In this document: positions 28,210 through 41,261 of the stretch, one piece after another
Layout: each line of letters begins with the position of its first letter
How positions within the stretch are numbered: position 1 is the first letter of the stretch
Source: Dehalococcoidia bacterium
Lineage (GTDB): Bacteria > Chloroflexota > Dehalococcoidia > Lucifugimonadales > CATOSD01
DNA: 64,000 nucleotides
Assembly (NCBI GenBank): GCA_034422735.1
Contig: DAOUJL010000039.1
Location: 31,021 to 95,020 of the forward strand
Reading direction: 5' to 3'
The notes under the pieces: model-generated
What the model saw: only the letters and a program-made list of their open reading frames with translations
Told to the model about the DNA's origin: nothing
Databases searched by the model: none
Translations under genes and position numbers: made by a program

Positions 28210-29547
28210 TCACCTGATAAAGCCTTCGTAGTTGCGCATGAGCAGTTGCGCCTCGAGTTGTCTCATCGTGTCCAACGCCACGCCCACCATAATGAGCAGG
28301 CTGGTGCTGCTGAGCGTGAGCGCACGCACGTCCGTGGCCTGCGACACGAAGTAGGGCGCGATGGCCACGAACCCAAGGAACAGCGCGCCGCCCCAGGTGA
28401 TGCGCACGAGCACCCGGTTGAGATACTCCTGCGTCGGCCTGCCCGGACGAATGCCCGGAATGAACCCGCCGTTTCGTTGCAGGTTCTCCGCCAGGTTCTG
28501 CTGCTGGAAAATCACGAGCGTGTAGAAGAACGTGAAAATGACGACCAGAAAGAACACCGCGATCCAGTAGGGCAGATTCGTAGGGTCCAGCGTGTCGGAC
28601 ATGAAACGCGCGAAGCGCGATATGAAGTCATCGCTGAGCGGACTTCGGAAGTAGCTCGCGATAGTCGCCGGCAGGATGATGATGGAGAAGGCGAAGATCA
28701 GCGGGATCATACCCGCGGAGTTCACCCGCAAAGGCAGGAACGTCGCGCCGCTCTGCCGCTGCATCCGGCCTCCCCTGAACACGCTCCGCCCGTACTGTAC
28801 CGGCACTCGGCGCTGCGCCTCGTTGAACAGCACTATCAGGTAGATTATCGCGAGGCCGATCAGAGCCAGCAGCAGAAGCCCGGAGGCGTTGTCGCTGTCC
28901 AGGAAGCCCTGGCCGACTATCTGGGGGAACGTGGCGACGATACCGCCGAATATGATCAGCGAGATGCCGTTGCCCAGTCCGCGCTCTGTAATCAGCTCGC
29001 CCAGCCACACCAGGAACATGGTGCCCGCCACCATGGACGCGACCATGGCGAACGTGTGGATGTTAAGGCCGAAGTCCACTCCCGGCAGTACACCCGACTG
29101 CCTGAGAATAGTGAGCTGCCCCCACGCCTGCAAGAACGCGATCGGCACCGCCAGATAGTGCGTCATCTGGTTGAGCCGCTGGCGCCCGCTCTCGCCCTCC
29201 TGTGACAGCGCCTTGAGGCTCGGTATGACCGGCGTGAGTATCTGCATCACGATGGACGACGTGATGTAGGGGTAGACGCCCAGCGCGGCCACGCTCAGGT
29301 TGGCGAGCGCGCCGCCGCTGAACAGGTCGAGGAAGCCGAGCAGCGCCTGCTGCTCGAACGCCTGGGAGAGCGCCTGTGTATCCACGCCGGGCACGGGCAC
29401 GTGCGCGACGAACCTGAAGATGACCAGCATCCCCAGGGTGAAGAGGATCTTACCGCGAAGATCCGGAATCCGGATCGCGTCGATCATCGACTGGATGAGC
29501 TGGGGCCGGGAGCCCTGCTGGGCTCTCGCCGCCTGCGCCTGGCGCAT
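28210..29547 (-). CDS. secY: Preprotein translocase subunit SecY
   Basis: 445 aa with 10 TM segments. Contains GVYPYITSSIVMQ..ERGLGNGISLIIFGGI. Confidence 0.95.
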   Translation of the reverse strand: MRQAQAARAQQGSRPQLIQSMIDAIRIPDLRGKILFTLGMLVIFRFVAHVPVPGVDTQALSQAFEQQALLGFLDLFSGGALANLSVAALGVYPYITSSIVMQILTPVIPSLKALSQEGESGRQRLNQMTHYLAVPIAFLQAWGQLTILRQSGVLPGVDFGLNIHTFAMVASMVAGTMFLVWLGELITERGLGNGISLIIFGGIVATFPQIVGQGFLDSDNASGLLLLALIGLAIIYLIVLFNEAQRRVPVQYGRSVFRGGRMQRQSGATFLPLRVNSAGMIPLIFAFSIIILPATIASYFRSPLSDDFISRFARFMSDTLDPTNLPYWIAVFFLVVIFTFFYTLVIFQQQNLAENLQRNGGFIPGIRPGRPTQEYLNRVLVRITWGGALFLGFVAIAPYFVSQATDVRALTLSSTSLLIMVGVALDTMRQLEAQLLMRNYEGFIR

Positions 29548-29993
29548 TAGGCGATCTCCCTCACGCTGCCGCCCGCGGCCTCGATCTTGGCCTGTGCCGA
29601 CTTCGAGAACCGGTGGGCCTCGACCTCCAGCGGGACGTCGAGTTCACCGCGACCGAGAATCTTCACCAGCTTGGCGTTCCTTCGGACCGCGCCGGTTTCG
29701 GCCAGCACGGCCGGGGTTATGTGCGTGCCGGCGGGGAAGTGCGCGAGGAAGTCCAGGTTCACCACGCTGTACTCCTTGCGGAATATGTTGGTGAACCCGC
29801 GCATCATCGGCAGCGACTTGATCAACGGGAGCTGTCCGCCCTCGAATCCGAGCCGGACGCCTCCGCCGCTGCGGGCCTTCTGGCCCTTCATGCCCTTGCC
29901 GGAGTAGCTGCCGTATCCGCTGCCGTCGCCGCGTCCCACGCGTCGGCGCTTTTTTCTCGCGCCTTTGGCCGCTTGTAGTTGATGCTGTTGCAT
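29547..29993 (-). CDS. rplO: 50S ribosomal protein L15
   Basis: Real start is [44 protein letters not shown]. The stop overlaps the secY ATG by 1 nt. Confidence 0.93.
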   Translation of the reverse strand: MQQHQLQAAKGARKKRRRVGRGDGSGYGSYSGKGMKGQKARSGGGVRLGFEGGQLPLIKSLPMMRGFTNIFRKEYSVVNLDFLAHFPAGTHITPAVLAETGAVRRNAKLVKILGRGELDVPLEVEAHRFSKSAQAKIEAAGGSVREIA

Positions 29994-30075
29994 ATTTGGA
30001 CCTGACTCGTTGCCTTGAGATTGGGCGCCGAAACCGCACGTCCACTGCCGGCGCGATGCCGGCCGTCCGCGCCGT

Positions 30076-30273
30076 CTAGCCTTCGTCTTCGCCTTCCACA
30101 AGTTCTACCTCCACCAGGTGCCTCACCTTGTGAAGCATGCCCCTGATGGAGGGCGTGTCGTCGTGGACGACGGTGTGATGGAGACGCCGTAGGCCGAGGC
30201 TGTCGATAGTTCGGCGCTGCGTGCGATTGAAGCCTATGGCGCTCTTCTTCCAGGTGACTTTAACTCTGCCCAT
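30076..30273 (-). CDS. rpmD: 50S ribosomal protein L30
   Basis: [36 protein letters not shown]. Confidence 0.92.
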   Translation of the reverse strand: MGRVKVTWKKSAIGFNRTQRRTIDSLGLRRLHHTVVHDDTPSIRGMLHKVRHLVEVELVEGEDEG

Positions 30274-30293
30274 GTCTTGCGATTCCTGCGGTT

Positions 30294-30854
30294 CTAGCTC
30301 GTCTGCTGCCGCGGCTGGCGGCGCTGGTTGAGGATGCGCTGCTCGCGCTCCTGCACCGCCTGCACGAGCTGGCGGCGCTTGGCCAACTCCACCTCGGGGT
30401 CGCGCATCTGCTTGAGCGCCTCGAAGGTGGCCTTGACCACGTTTACGGGGTTGGTGCTCCGGCGCACCTTGGTGAGAATGTCCTTTACGCCGGCCAGCTC
30501 CACCACCGCTCTCACCGATCCTCCGGCTATGACGCCGGTGCCGGGCGAGGCGGGCTTGAGCATGACGACGGAGCCGCCGTACTTGGAAACTATCTCGTGC
30601 GGAATGGTGTTGTCCTTTAGCGGCACGGTGATCATGTTCTTCTTGGCCGCCGCCGCGCCTTTGCGGACGGCGTCGGGAACGGCAGTGGCCTTGCCCATCG
30701 CAATGCCCACCCGGCCCGCGCCGTCGCCCACGACGACCACCGCGTTGAAGCGCATGTTGCGTCCGCCCGCTACCACTTTGGCCACGCGGGATATCCGCAC
30801 CACCTTTTCGGTAAGAGGCAGCTCTTCTGTCTGCATATCGGTTGCTTGTACCAT
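30294..30854 (-). CDS. rpsE: 30S ribosomal protein S5
   Basis: [33 protein letters not shown].. Confidence 0.95.
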   Translation of the reverse strand: MVQATDMQTEELPLTEKVVRISRVAKVVAGGRNMRFNAVVVVGDGAGRVGIAMGKATAVPDAVRKGAAAAKKNMITVPLKDNTIPHEIVSKYGGSVVMLKPASPGTGVIAGGSVRAVVELAGVKDILTKVRRSTNPVNVVKATFEALKQMRDPEVELAKRRQLVQAVQEREQRILNQRRQPRQQTS

Positions 30855-30886
30855 GTTATCTCCGTGGCAGTGTCGGCGCGTCGCGC

Positions 30887-31255
30887 CTAGAAGGTCAGGC
30901 CGCCCTCTCTGGCGGCGTCCGCGAGGGCCTTCACCCTGCCATGATACTTGTACCCGCCGCGGTCGAACACGACGGACTGTATGCCGTTGTTCCTGGCGCG
31001 CTCGGCCACCAGCGCGCCGACGCGCTTGGAGACCTCGGCCTTCTTCTGCCCGTTCCGGTCCGACCGAAGCTCGCTCTCGAGACTCGACGCCGCAGCGAGA
31101 GTCACGCCGCGCGTGTCGTCGATCACCTGGGCGTATATGTGGTGCAGGCTGCGGAACACGGACAGCCGGGGCCTTTCGGAGGTTCCGACCACCTTGCGGC
31201 GCACTCGCGCGTGCCGCGCGATCCGCCTCGCCTTGCCGTTGCGTGCGCGTGGCAT
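30887..31255 (-). CDS. rplR: 50S ribosomal protein L18
   Basis: [46 protein letters not shown]. Confidence 0.95.
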   Translation of the reverse strand: MPRARNGKARRIARHARVRRKVVGTSERPRLSVFRSLHHIYAQVIDDTRGVTLAAASSLESELRSDRNGQKKAEVSKRVGALVAERARNNGIQSVVFDRGGYKYHGRVKALADAAREGGLTF

Positions 31256-31257
31256 CC

Positions 31258-31800
31258 CTATGCCCTCCTGGCGCTCTTGCCGGGCTTGAGCCTCACCTGC
31301 TCGCCCAGATAGCGTATTCCCTTGCCGGTGTACACGTTGGGCGGCCTCACCTTGCGTATCTGCGCCGCCAACTGCCCCACGGCCTGCTTGTCTATGCCGT
31401 GAACGTGAATGCGGTTGTTGCCTTCCACTTCCAGCGTTACGCCGTCGGGCGGCATCACGTCCACGGTGTGGCTCAGCATCACGCTGAGCGTTATGCCGGG
31501 ACCGTTCTGCTGGGTGCGGTAGCCCACGCCCACAAGCTCGAGCGACTTGGTGTAGCCGTCGGTGACGCCGGTGACCATGTTGGCCAGGAGACTGCGCGAC
31601 AGGCCGTGCAGCGAGCGATGCTCGCGCGCGTCCGAAGCCCGCTCGACCACCACTTCGTCATCCCGCCGCGAAATGGAAATCGCGGGGTTGAACGACTGGC
31701 TCAGCGTGCCGCGGGGTCCGCGCACGGTAACGTCGCCGCCCTCGATGTTCACCTGGACGCCGGCGGGAACGGTTACGGGTTGGTTGCCTATTCTGGACAC
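31258..31800 (-). CDS. rplF: 50S ribosomal protein L6
   Basis: [34 protein letters not shown]. Confidence 0.95.
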   Translation of the reverse strand: MSRIGNQPVTVPAGVQVNIEGGDVTVRGPRGTLSQSFNPAISISRRDDEVVVERASDAREHRSLHGLSRSLLANMVTGVTDGYTKSLELVGVGYRTQQNGPGITLSVMLSHTVDVMPPDGVTLEVEGNNRIHVHGIDKQAVGQLAAQIRKVRPPNVYTGKGIRYLGEQVRLKPGKSARRA

Positions 31801-31810
31801 GAACGCCCCC

Positions 31811-32212
31811 TTACCAAACGTAGCACAGCAACTCGCCGCCGAGCCCCTTGCGCCACGCGTCCCTGCCGGTCATGACCCCCTGGGACGTGGACATTATCGA
31901 CACGCCCAGGCCGCCATAGTAGCGGGGAATCTCATTCTTCTTCACGTACACCCGAAGGCCCGGCTTGCTCACCCGCTTCAGCCCGGTGATGGCCGGCTCC
32001 TCCTTGCTGCGGTAATGCAGGAATATCCTGATGTTCGGCTGCGGGCCACCGCTCCGAATGATGTCGTAGGTGCGAATGAAGCCCTCGTCCTTGAGGATCT
32101 TCGCGAGCGACACCTTCATGTTGGACGCGGGCACCTGCACGGTCTCGTGCCTTACGGTTACCGCATTCCGAATTCTCGTCAACATGTCCGCTATAGCGTC
32201 TGTTACTGCCAT
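31811..32212 (-). CDS. rpsH: 30S ribosomal protein S8
   Basis: [26 protein letters not shown]. Confidence 0.95.
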   Translation of the reverse strand: MAVTDAIADMLTRIRNAVTVRHETVQVPASNMKVSLAKILKDEGFIRTYDIIRSGGPQPNIRIFLHYRSKEEPAITGLKRVSKPGLRVYVKKNEIPRYYGGLGVSIMSTSQGVMTGRDAWRKGLGGELLCYVW

Positions 32213-32248
32213 ACTCTTGCCCTATCTTAGAGTGCGTTTTTCCTATCT

Positions 32249-32280
32249 TCCTCCTCCCCCATGACGGGGGGGAGTTAGGT
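32249..32280 (+). repeat. Variant hairpin repeat, rpsH-rpsN spacer (first of a tandem pair)
   Basis: tcCTCCTCCCCCatgacGGGGGGGAGTTAGGT. Confidence 0.6.
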
Positions 32281-32294
32281 CAAGCGGTCCAGAA

Positions 32295-32333
32295 GTCCCT
32301 TCCCCCTCGCAGGGGGAAGGTTAGGATGGGGTG
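32295..32333 (+). repeat. Hairpin repeat, rpsH-rpsN spacer
   Basis: GTCCCTTCCCCCTCGCAGGGGGAAGGTTAGGATGGGGTG. Confidence 0.85.
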
Positions 32334-32351
32334 CTGCCTGCCATTACCCCT

Positions 32352-32537
32352 CTACCAGCTAGCCTTGCGCACGCCCGGAAGAAGGCCGTTCAAGGCCATT
32401 TCCCTGAAACAGATGCGACACAGCCCGAAGTGGCGTATGTAGGCCCGTGGCCTGCCGCACTTGTTGCAGCGGTTCCTGTACCTCACCTTGAACGGCTGAG
32501 GCCTCTTCCATCTGGCTACCTTGGATACCTTCGCCAA
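32352..32537 (-). CDS. rpsN: 30S ribosomal protein S14, type Z (zinc-binding)
   Basis: 61 aa with [17 protein letters not shown]. Confidence 0.95.
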   Translation of the reverse strand: MAKVSKVARWKRPQPFKVRYRNRCNKCGRPRAYIRHFGLCRICFREMALNGLLPGVRKASW

Positions 32538-32589
32538 AAGAACTCACCTTGCGCCCCGGCCGGGGCGTTGGAATAATGCGCTGTCGCGG

Positions 32590-33216
32590 CTAGAAGGCGC
32601 GCGCGGCGTCTCTACCCCTCGTAAACGGCATGCCCAGTAGCTCGAGCAGGCGCAACCCCTCGCGATCAGTGGGCGCCGTCGTCACTATCACCACCTGCAA
32701 GCCCCGGATGCGGTCGATAGAGTTGTACTCGATCTCGGGGAAGATCACCTGCTCGCGGATTCCCAGCGAGAAGTTGCCCCTGCCGTCGAACGCCTCACGC
32801 GACACGCCCTGGAAGTCCCGGATTCTGGGCAGCGCGGAACTGACGAGCCGGTCATAGAACTCGTACATGCGCCGTCCCCGCAGCGTCACGCTCAGGCCGA
32901 TGGGCATGCCTTCGCGGATCTTGAATCCCGCGACCGACTTCCTGGCCCGCGTGGTAACCGGGCGCTGACCCGAGATAAGCGTAAGGTCGCGGGTCGCGCT
33001 CTCCATCGCGCGCGCGTTCTGGAGCGCCTCGCCCATGCCTATGTTGAGCACTATCTTGGAAAAGCGCGGCACCTGCATGGGACTGGTGTAGCCGAACTCG
33101 CTCATGAGCTGCGGGCCAATCTCGTCCCGGAGCTTCAGGAGCACGCGCGGCGAACCCATCGCGGCGGACACGCCGTTCGACTCGTTCGAACCACCGTTGC
33201 GGGCTTCGGTCGTCAT
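32590..33216 (-). CDS. rplE: 50S ribosomal protein L5
   Basis: [31 protein letters not shown] 33216 forms an ATGA overlap with the rplX stop and gives a roughly 20-aa N-terminal extension. ATG 33159 is the alternative start. Confidence 0.9.
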   Translation of the reverse strand: MTTEARNGGSNESNGVSAAMGSPRVLLKLRDEIGPQLMSEFGYTSPMQVPRFSKIVLNIGMGEALQNARAMESATRDLTLISGQRPVTTRARKSVAGFKIREGMPIGLSVTLRGRRMYEFYDRLVSSALPRIRDFQGVSREAFDGRGNFSLGIREQVIFPEIEYNSIDRIRGLQVVIVTTAPTDREGLRLLELLGMPFTRGRDAARAF

Positions 33217-33524
33217 TCGATCACTTCCTGGCACTTGCGGCAGGCGCGGGCCTTCGTGCCGTCGGCCAGGCGCCTGCTCGCTATCTTGGTGGGCTGCTGG
33301 CAATGATTACAGATGAGCATCACTTTGGACGCGTGTATCGGCATCTCCTTCTGAATTATGCCGCCCTGGCGCACCTGCGTGGTGGGCTTGGTGTGGCGCA
33401 TCACCACGTTCACGCCGTCCACCAGCACCATGCCGGATACGGGCATCGTGCGCTGGATGCGTCCCTGTTTGCCTCGATCTTTGCCCTTGGTGACGACCAC
33501 GTTGTCGTTGGAGCGCAGACGCAT
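33213..33524 (-). CDS. rplX: 50S ribosomal protein L24 with a C-terminal CxxC..CxxC ribbon
   Basis: [21 protein letters not shown] (KOW), then ..[27 protein letters not shown]. The track ORF over-extends through rplN. Confidence 0.93.
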   Translation of the reverse strand: MRLRSNDNVVVTKGKDRGKQGRIQRTMPVSGMVLVDGVNVVMRHTKPTTQVRQGGIIQKEMPIHASKVMLICNHCQQPTKIASRRLADGTKARACRKCQEVIE

Positions 33525-33892
33525 CACAGCACCTCCGGCGCCAGCGAGACTATGCGCATGAAGTTCTTCTCGCGCAACTCCCTCGCCACGGGCCCGAAAA
33601 TGCGGGTGCCCCTGGGCATCTGCTCGTCGTTTATGAGCACGGCGGCGTTGTCGTCGAACCTGATATGCGATCCGTCCGGCCTGCGGTGCGGCTTGACAGC
33701 CCGCACGACTACGGCCTTCACCACGTCGCCCTTCTTCACGGCGGCGGCGGGCGCGGCCTCCTTGACCGAGGCCACCACGACGTCGCCCAACCAGGCGTAG
33801 CGGCGGCCGCTGCCGCCCGGAATGCCTATGCAACTGATCGTCTTCGCGCCGGAATTGTCGGCCACCCTCATGCGGGTGTACTTCTGAATCAT
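33524..33892 (-). CDS. rplN: 50S ribosomal protein L14
   Basis: [17 protein letters not shown]... Confidence 0.95.
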   Translation of the reverse strand: MIQKYTRMRVADNSGAKTISCIGIPGGSGRRYAWLGDVVVASVKEAAPAAAVKKGDVVKAVVVRAVKPHRRPDGSHIRFDDNAAVLINDEQMPRGTRIFGPVARELREKNFMRIVSLAPEVL

Positions 33893-33894
33893 GG

Positions 33895-34272
33895 CTATGC
33901 AGGCTCCTGGCCGGCGTCCGGGCCGACCTCCGCCGCCGCGGTCTCGAGCACGGGCTCGGGCGCCGCGTCATCCTCGGCAATCTCATCGACGACGATCTCG
34001 TCGGGCTGGATATCGGCCACGTCTCCGCGCTGTATCAACTCCACGACGCGCCATCGCTTCGTCCTGGAGAGCGGCCTCGTCTCCCTTATCCTCACCGTGT
34101 CGCCGATCTTGTACTCGTTGTTCTCGTCGTGCGCCTTGAACTTGGTCCGGCGGCGCACCGACTTGCGATAGAGCGCGTACGGACGCCGCCACTCGACGGA
34201 CACGACGACTGTCTTGTCCATCTTGTCGCCTACGACCACACCCACGCGGACTTTTCGTCTTTCGAAGCTCAT
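33895..34272 (-). CDS. rpsQ: 30S ribosomal protein S17 (acidic C-terminal extension)
   Basis: [45 protein letters not shown]. Confidence 0.93.
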   Translation of the reverse strand: MSFERRKVRVGVVVGDKMDKTVVVSVEWRRPYALYRKSVRRRTKFKAHDENNEYKIGDTVRIRETRPLSRTKRWRVVELIQRGDVADIQPDEIVVDEIAEDDAAPEPVLETAAAEVGPDAGQEPA

Positions 34273-34273
34273 G

Positions 34274-34471
34274 TCAGGCCCTTGCCAACTCCCTCTCCCG
34301 AACCACCGTGTGGATTCGGGCGATGCGCTTTCTCGCCTTGCGTATTTCGTTGACGTTCGCCAACTGCAAGGTGGCGATGCGGAACCTGAGGTTCATCAAC
34401 GCCCGATGGGTGGCGTCGAGGTCTTCCTGAAGCTCCTCGTCGGTCATTGTCCTGATGTCGTCTATTTCCAT
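34274..34471 (-). CDS. rpmC: 50S ribosomal protein L29
   Basis: [26 protein letters not shown]. Confidence 0.93.
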   Translation of the reverse strand: MEIDDIRTMTDEELQEDLDATHRALMNLRFRIATLQLANVNEIRKARKRIARIHTVVRERELARA

Positions 34472-34493
34472 GCCGTTTCGTCCCGCGTGCCTG

Positions 34494-34907
34494 CTAGGCG
34501 GCGTGCCTGCTTATGATCTTGGTTGCCATGGGCAGCTTGGAGGAGGCCAGGCGCAGCGCCTCCAGCGCCATGTCCTCGGGCACCCCCGCCATCTCGAACA
34601 TGATCCTGCCGCGCCTTACGACGGCGACCCAGTGGTCCACCGACCCCTTGCCGGAGCCCATGCGGGTCTCGGCGGCACGGGCGGTCACCGACTTGTCGGG
34701 GAAGATGCGGATCCAGATTCGGCCGCCCCTGCGGGCGTAGCGCGTCATTGCGCGGCGCGCGGCCTCTATCTGGCGCGACGTCACCCACGCCGACTCGGTG
34801 GCCTTGATGGCGTACTCGCCGAAGTTCATAGTGCTTCCGGCGACCGCCATTCCCTTTCGCCTACCCCTATGTTGGTTGCGATACTTGACCCGTTTCGGTT
34901 GGAGCAT
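34494..34907 (-). CDS. rplP: 50S ribosomal protein L16
   Basis: [19 protein letters not shown]. The start overlaps the rpsC 3' end by 41 nt. Confidence 0.95.
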   Translation of the reverse strand: MLQPKRVKYRNQHRGRRKGMAVAGSTMNFGEYAIKATESAWVTSRQIEAARRAMTRYARRGGRIWIRIFPDKSVTARAAETRMGSGKGSVDHWVAVVRRGRIMFEMAGVPEDMALEALRLASSKLPMATKIISRHAA

Positions 34908-35619
34908 TGGTAGTCTCCGTCTCTTCGTCCGCTCTCACGGTGACTTCGATGGGCGGCATGTCCTCTACGGACGGCTCAGCCGAGGACGGCTTGAGAACCT
35001 CGCCCTTGTATATCCAAACCTTCACGCCAATGCGGCCGAACTCGGTGGCCGCCTCCGCCATGCCGTAATCTATGTCGGCGCGAAGAGTGTGCAGCGGCAC
35101 CCTGCCCTCCATCGCCTTCTCTTTGCGCGCGATGTCGGCGCCGCCGAGCCTGCCGGCTATGAGTATCTTGATGCCCTCCGCCCCGGCCTGCATGGTGCGC
35201 GAGACCGCCTGGCGTATGGCCCTGCGGAACGCGATGCGACGCACGAGCTGGTCGGCCACGTTGCGGGCCACCAGGTAGGCGTCCAACTCCGGCTGGCGTA
35301 TCTCCTGCACGTTGAGCCGCACGCGCCTGCTGGTGAGCCGCTCCAGGTCGCGCCTGAGCTGCTCCACCCGCTGGCCGCCCCGGCCGATGACGATGCCCGG
35401 CCGCGCGGTATGGATTGTGACCGTCGCGTCGCTGCTGCCCCGCTCGATGTCGATGCGCGACACGCCCGCGTCCGGAAAGCGCTCGTTGATCGTATCCCGC
35501 ACGGCCATGTCCTCTTTGACAAGGTTGCGGTAATCGTCGGGCCGCTGGGCGAACCATGTGGTCTGCCACTCCTTTATCACGCCGAGGCGAAAGCCAATTG
35601 GATGTGTCTTCTGACCCAA
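34867..35619 (-). CDS. rpsC: 30S ribosomal protein S3
   Basis: [19 protein letters not shown].. Confidence 0.95.
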   Translation of the reverse strand: MGQKTHPIGFRLGVIKEWQTTWFAQRPDDYRNLVKEDMAVRDTINERFPDAGVSRIDIERGSSDATVTIHTARPGIVIGRGGQRVEQLRRDLERLTSRRVRLNVQEIRQPELDAYLVARNVADQLVRRIAFRRAIRQAVSRTMQAGAEGIKILIAGRLGGADIARKEKAMEGRVPLHTLRADIDYGMAEAATEFGRIGVKVWIYKGEVLKPSSAEPSVEDMPPIEVTVRADEETETTNAPTETGQVSQPT

Positions 35620-35620
35620 G

Positions 35621-35965
35621 CTAGTTGACCTCCTCCTCGTCGTCTACCACGACGGTTATATGGCTGCTGCGCCTGATGATCCGGGCCATGCGGCCCCGCG
35701 CCCTGGCCCTCACGCGCTTGGTGCGCGGGGCCTCGTTCGCGTAAATCTCCACGATCCGCAGGTCCTCGCTGCGCGCGAGCAGCTCGTTCTCGGCGTTCGC
35801 CGTCGCCGACCTCACGGCCTTCGCGACGTGCCCCGCCGCGGGCGATGGCATGAACCGCAGAATGGCGAGCGCCTCCTCCACGTTCATGCCGCGTACCAGG
35901 TCCACAATCGGCAGCAGTTTCTTTACCGAGACGCCGGTATTTTTTGCCGTCGCTGAAACAGCCAC
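35621..35965 (-). CDS. rplV: 50S ribosomal protein L22
   Basis: SVKKLLPIVDLVRGMNVEEALAILRF.. Confidence 0.95.
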   Translation of the reverse strand: MAVSATAKNTGVSVKKLLPIVDLVRGMNVEEALAILRFMPSPAAGHVAKAVRSATANAENELLARSEDLRIVEIYANEAPRTKRVRARARGRMARIIRRSSHITVVVDDEEEVN

Positions 35966-36014
35966 GTTTATTCCGTCCTCATTTTGGTGCTTGTCTTCTG
36001 TCTTTCGGCGGACC

Positions 36015-36299
36015 CTACCTGATGGAGCTGCTGCGCTCCGACTTCGAGGAGTGGCCCCGGAAGGTTCGCGTGGGAGCGAACTCCCCCAGCTTGTGGCCGA
36101 CCATGTTTTCGGTAATGAACAGGGGCACCATCCTGCGTCCGTCGTGAACGGCGATGGTCAGCCCGAGCATGTCGGGCATGATCACCGACGCGCGCGACCA
36201 GGTGCGGATCACCGCCCGGCTGTTCGTGCGCCGCGCCGCGTCCACCTTCTTGGACAGCTTCTCATGTACGTACGGCCCCTTCTTTATCGACCTCGACAT
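36015..36299 (-). CDS. rpsS: 30S ribosomal protein S19
   Basis: [31 protein letters not shown]. Confidence 0.95.
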   Translation of the reverse strand: MSRSIKKGPYVHEKLSKKVDAARRTNSRAVIRTWSRASVIMPDMLGLTIAVHDGRRMVPLFITENMVGHKLGEFAPTRTFRGHSSKSERSSSIR

Positions 36300-36317
36300 A
36301 TGCTCAGCCCTCCAGGC

Positions 36318-37151
36318 CTACCTCTGGTACCTCCGCCGCACGATGAACTTGTTCGACGACTTCTTCCGCTTCCTGGTCCGGTAGCCCAGCGCCGGCTTGC
36401 CCCAGGGCGTCTTGGGCCCGGGCATGCCGATGGGAGAGCGTCCCTCGCCGCCGCCGTGCGGATGGTCGCGGGGCGACATGACCACGCCGCGCACCGACGG
36501 GCGCCTGCCCATGTTGCGCTTGCGGCCCGCCTTGCCCAGCTTAACGTTCTTGTGATCGATCGCGCTCACCTGGCCCACGGTGGCCATGCACTCGCTCAGC
36601 ACGTACCGCACCTCGCCGGAGGGCAGCCTGAGCAGCGTGTACTTGTCCTCGCGTGCGAGCACCTGCGCGGAGCTTCCCGCGCTGCGCACTATCTGGCCTC
36701 CCCGGCCCACCTTCAGCTCCACGTTGTGCACCGTGGTGCCGGGGCGAATCGCCTTGAGCGGCAGGGCGTTGCCGGGCCTCAGCTCGGCGCCCTCGCCGGC
36801 CATCACCTTGTCACCCACTCGCAGGCCGTTCGGGGCCAGGATGTAACGCCAGTCGCCGTCGGCGTACTTTATCAGCGCGATGCGAGCCGAGCGGTTCGGG
36901 TCGTACTCGATGGACACGGCCTCGCCCGGCACGCCGGGCTTGTCGCGCTTGAAGTCGATAACTCTCAGCCGCCGCTTGTGGCCGCCGCCGCGGTGGCGCA
37001 CCGTGATCTTGCCGCTGGAGTTTCTGCCGCCCCGTTTCTTGATCGGCTTGACCAGCGACTTCTTCGGCTTTCGGGTGGTGATGTCGTCGGAAGTCTGAAG
37101 CACAGCTCCCCGTTGGCCCGGGGTGATGGGCTTACGCGCTTTGAGTGGCAT
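36318..37151 (-). CDS. rplB: 50S ribosomal protein L2
   Basis: [32 protein letters not shown]. Confidence 0.95.
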   Translation of the reverse strand: MPLKARKPITPGQRGAVLQTSDDITTRKPKKSLVKPIKKRGGRNSSGKITVRHRGGGHKRRLRVIDFKRDKPGVPGEAVSIEYDPNRSARIALIKYADGDWRYILAPNGLRVGDKVMAGEGAELRPGNALPLKAIRPGTTVHNVELKVGRGGQIVRSAGSSAQVLAREDKYTLLRLPSGEVRYVLSECMATVGQVSAIDHKNVKLGKAGRKRNMGRRPSVRGVVMSPRDHPHGGGEGRSPIGMPGPKTPWGKPALGYRTRKRKKSSNKFIVRRRYQR

Positions 37152-37436
37152 CTATACCCCCTCGAATATGGTGATCGTCTGGCCCGGGGCCAGCGTCACC
37201 AACGCCTTCTTCCGGGAAGGCAGCACCGACGTGCGCGGGCCGTAGCGCTTGCGCTTACCCCGCACGTTCATCGTGTTCACTTTGACGACCTTGACCCCGA
37301 ACGCCTCCTCCACCGCCTGCTTGATCTGCAGCTTGGTGGCGGACGTGGCGACCTCGAAAGAGTACCTGCCGCTTTCCTGCATGATGGTGCTCTTCTCGGT
37401 GATTATGGGCCGCCTGAGAGTGTCCAGTATATGCAT
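37152..37436 (-). CDS. rplW: 50S ribosomal protein L23
   Basis: RPIITEKSTIMQESGRYSFEV.. Confidence 0.93.
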   Translation of the reverse strand: MHILDTLRRPIITEKSTIMQESGRYSFEVATSATKLQIKQAVEEAFGVKVVKVNTMNVRGKRKRYGPRTSVLPSRKKALVTLAPGQTITIFEGV

Positions 37437-37442
37437 GGCGCG

Positions 37443-38102
37443 TTACACCTCCACCGCCTGCGGCTTGTGCCGGGTGAAGGGCGCGCCCCACAGCTCCTCG
37501 GCCTTCCTCACCGCATCCAGCGTCATCACCACCCTGCGGTGGTTGAGCAGGTCGCGGGTGTTCAGCAGCGCCGCCGGGAGCGGCTTCACGCGCGGGATGT
37601 TGCCGATGCTTCTCAGCGTGGCCTCGTCCGCGCCGTCGGCGACCAGCAGCGCGGAGGACGTGACACCCAGCGCGCCCAGCACCCTGGCCATCGCCCGCGT
37701 CTTCGGGGCCTCCGGCGCCAGTTCGTCCACCACCACCAGCTCGCCCTCGCGCGCCTTGTCCGAGAGCACCGCCAGCGTGGCCTTGCGCCTCATGCGTACC
37801 GGCGTCGCGTGGCGGTAGCTTCGGGGCGCGGGGCCGAACACCACGCCGCCGCCCTTCCACTGCGGCGAGCGTATGGACCCCTGGCGGGCGCGGCCGGTGT
37901 ACTTCTGCGGCCGCGGCTTAGCGCCGCCGCCAGACACCTCGCTGCGCGTCTTCACCTTTGCGGTGCCCTGCCGCGCGTTGGCAAGCTGCCCCACCATCAC
38001 CTGGTGCACCAGGGCGGCGTTCATGGGCGCGCCGAACACTCGGTCGCTAACCTCGACGCTGCCGATTACGTCGCCCCTGGAATTGTGTAGTCTCAGTTTC
38101 AC
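37443..38102 (-). CDS. rplD: 50S ribosomal protein L4
   Basis: GTG start at 38102 (VKLRLHNSRGDVIG..), overlapping the rplC stop (GTGA). Contains GGGAKPRPQKYTGRARQGS. The track ORF of 399 aa over-extends. Confidence 0.93.
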   Translation of the reverse strand: MKLRLHNSRGDVIGSVEVSDRVFGAPMNAALVHQVMVGQLANARQGTAKVKTRSEVSGGGAKPRPQKYTGRARQGSIRSPQWKGGGVVFGPAPRSYRHATPVRMRRKATLAVLSDKAREGELVVVDELAPEAPKTRAMARVLGALGVTSSALLVADGADEATLRSIGNIPRVKPLPAALLNTRDLLNHRRVVMTLDAVRKAEELWGAPFTRHKPQAVEV

Positions 38103-38740
38103 GTCGCGCGCTCTCTCTTGCGGCCGGTCCTTCTGATCATCAGAAACGAGTTGCGTGCGCCCGGAAGCGCGCCCTTGATGAAGAGCAGGTGCTTCTCCGC
38201 GTCCACGGCAACCACTTCCAGGTTGCGTATCGTCACGCGCCTGTCGCCCATGTGGCCGGCCATCTTCAGGCCCTTTATCACGCGCCCGGGCGTGGTGCCG
38301 GCGCCGATCGAGCCGGGGGCTCGGTGCCGGTCCGACTGCCCGTGCGTCTTGGGGCCACCGTGGAAGCCGTGGCGCTTGACGCCGCCCGCGAATCCTCTGC
38401 CCTTGGTGTGGCCTATCGCGTCCACGATCTCGCCGGGCTCGAACTCGCTCGCGTCTATCTGCTGTCCGACCTCGTACCCCGACACGTCGTCGGCCTTGAC
38501 CTCGCGCAGAAAGCGGAACAGCCCCTGCGCTCCCTTCAGATGGCCCGACCTCGGCCTGTTCAGCTTGCGAACCTGCTCGTAGCCGATCTGCACGCTGTCG
38601 TAGCCGTCGGACTCGACCGTCTTCACCTGCGTCACTGTGCACGGTCCTGCCCGCACGGCGGTCACGCAGTACGACTCCCCGCTCTCGAGGAATGTCTGCG
38701 TCGTTCCTATCTTCTTACCCAGAAGGGCCGATACCGTCAT
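38099..38740 (-). CDS. rplC: 50S ribosomal protein L3
   Basis: LLGKKIGTTQTF..GHTKGRGFAGGVKRHGFHGGP. Confidence 0.95.
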   Translation of the reverse strand: MTVSALLGKKIGTTQTFLESGESYCVTAVRAGPCTVTQVKTVESDGYDSVQIGYEQVRKLNRPRSGHLKGAQGLFRFLREVKADDVSGYEVGQQIDASEFEPGEIVDAIGHTKGRGFAGGVKRHGFHGGPKTHGQSDRHRAPGSIGAGTTPGRVIKGLKMAGHMGDRRVTIRNLEVVAVDAEKHLLFIKGALPGARNSFLMIRRTGRKRERAT

Positions 38741-38818
38741 TTCGGTTCGCCTGTCCTCGTCTAAACCGTCCGTACTTCGCTCACGCGCCGCTTGTGGCGC
38801 CTGTTCGGACGGACGTCG

Positions 38819-39130
38819 TTACAGCTTGATGGAAATATCCACTCCGGCGGGCACGTTCAACCGCGTGAGCGAGTCGATGGTGTTGGCCGTCGGCTCCAGG
38901 ATGTCGATAAGCCGGTTGTGCGTCCTCAACTCGAAGTGCTCGCGCGAGTCCTTGTCGATGTGGGGAGAGCGAATCACGCAGAAACGCTTTATCGACGTGG
39001 GCAGCGGCACAGGTCCTGAGACGCGCGCGCCGGTGCGCTCGGCCGCCTCCACGATGTGGCCCGCCGACATGTCGAGTATCTTGTGATCGAACGCCTTGAG
39101 AATTATCCGGATTTTCTGTCGATTCACCAT
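38819..39130 (-). CDS. rpsJ: 30S ribosomal protein S10
   Basis: [38 protein letters not shown]. Confidence 0.95.
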   Translation of the reverse strand: MVNRQKIRIILKAFDHKILDMSAGHIVEAAERTGARVSGPVPLPTSIKRFCVIRSPHIDKDSREHFELRTHNRLIDILEPTANTIDSLTRLNVPAGVDISIKL

Positions 39131-39164
39131 TTGTCGCGTCTACGTCCCCTGTTCGCCTATTCGC

Positions 39165-41254
<2,090 letters not shown>

Positions 41255-41261
<7 letters not shown>

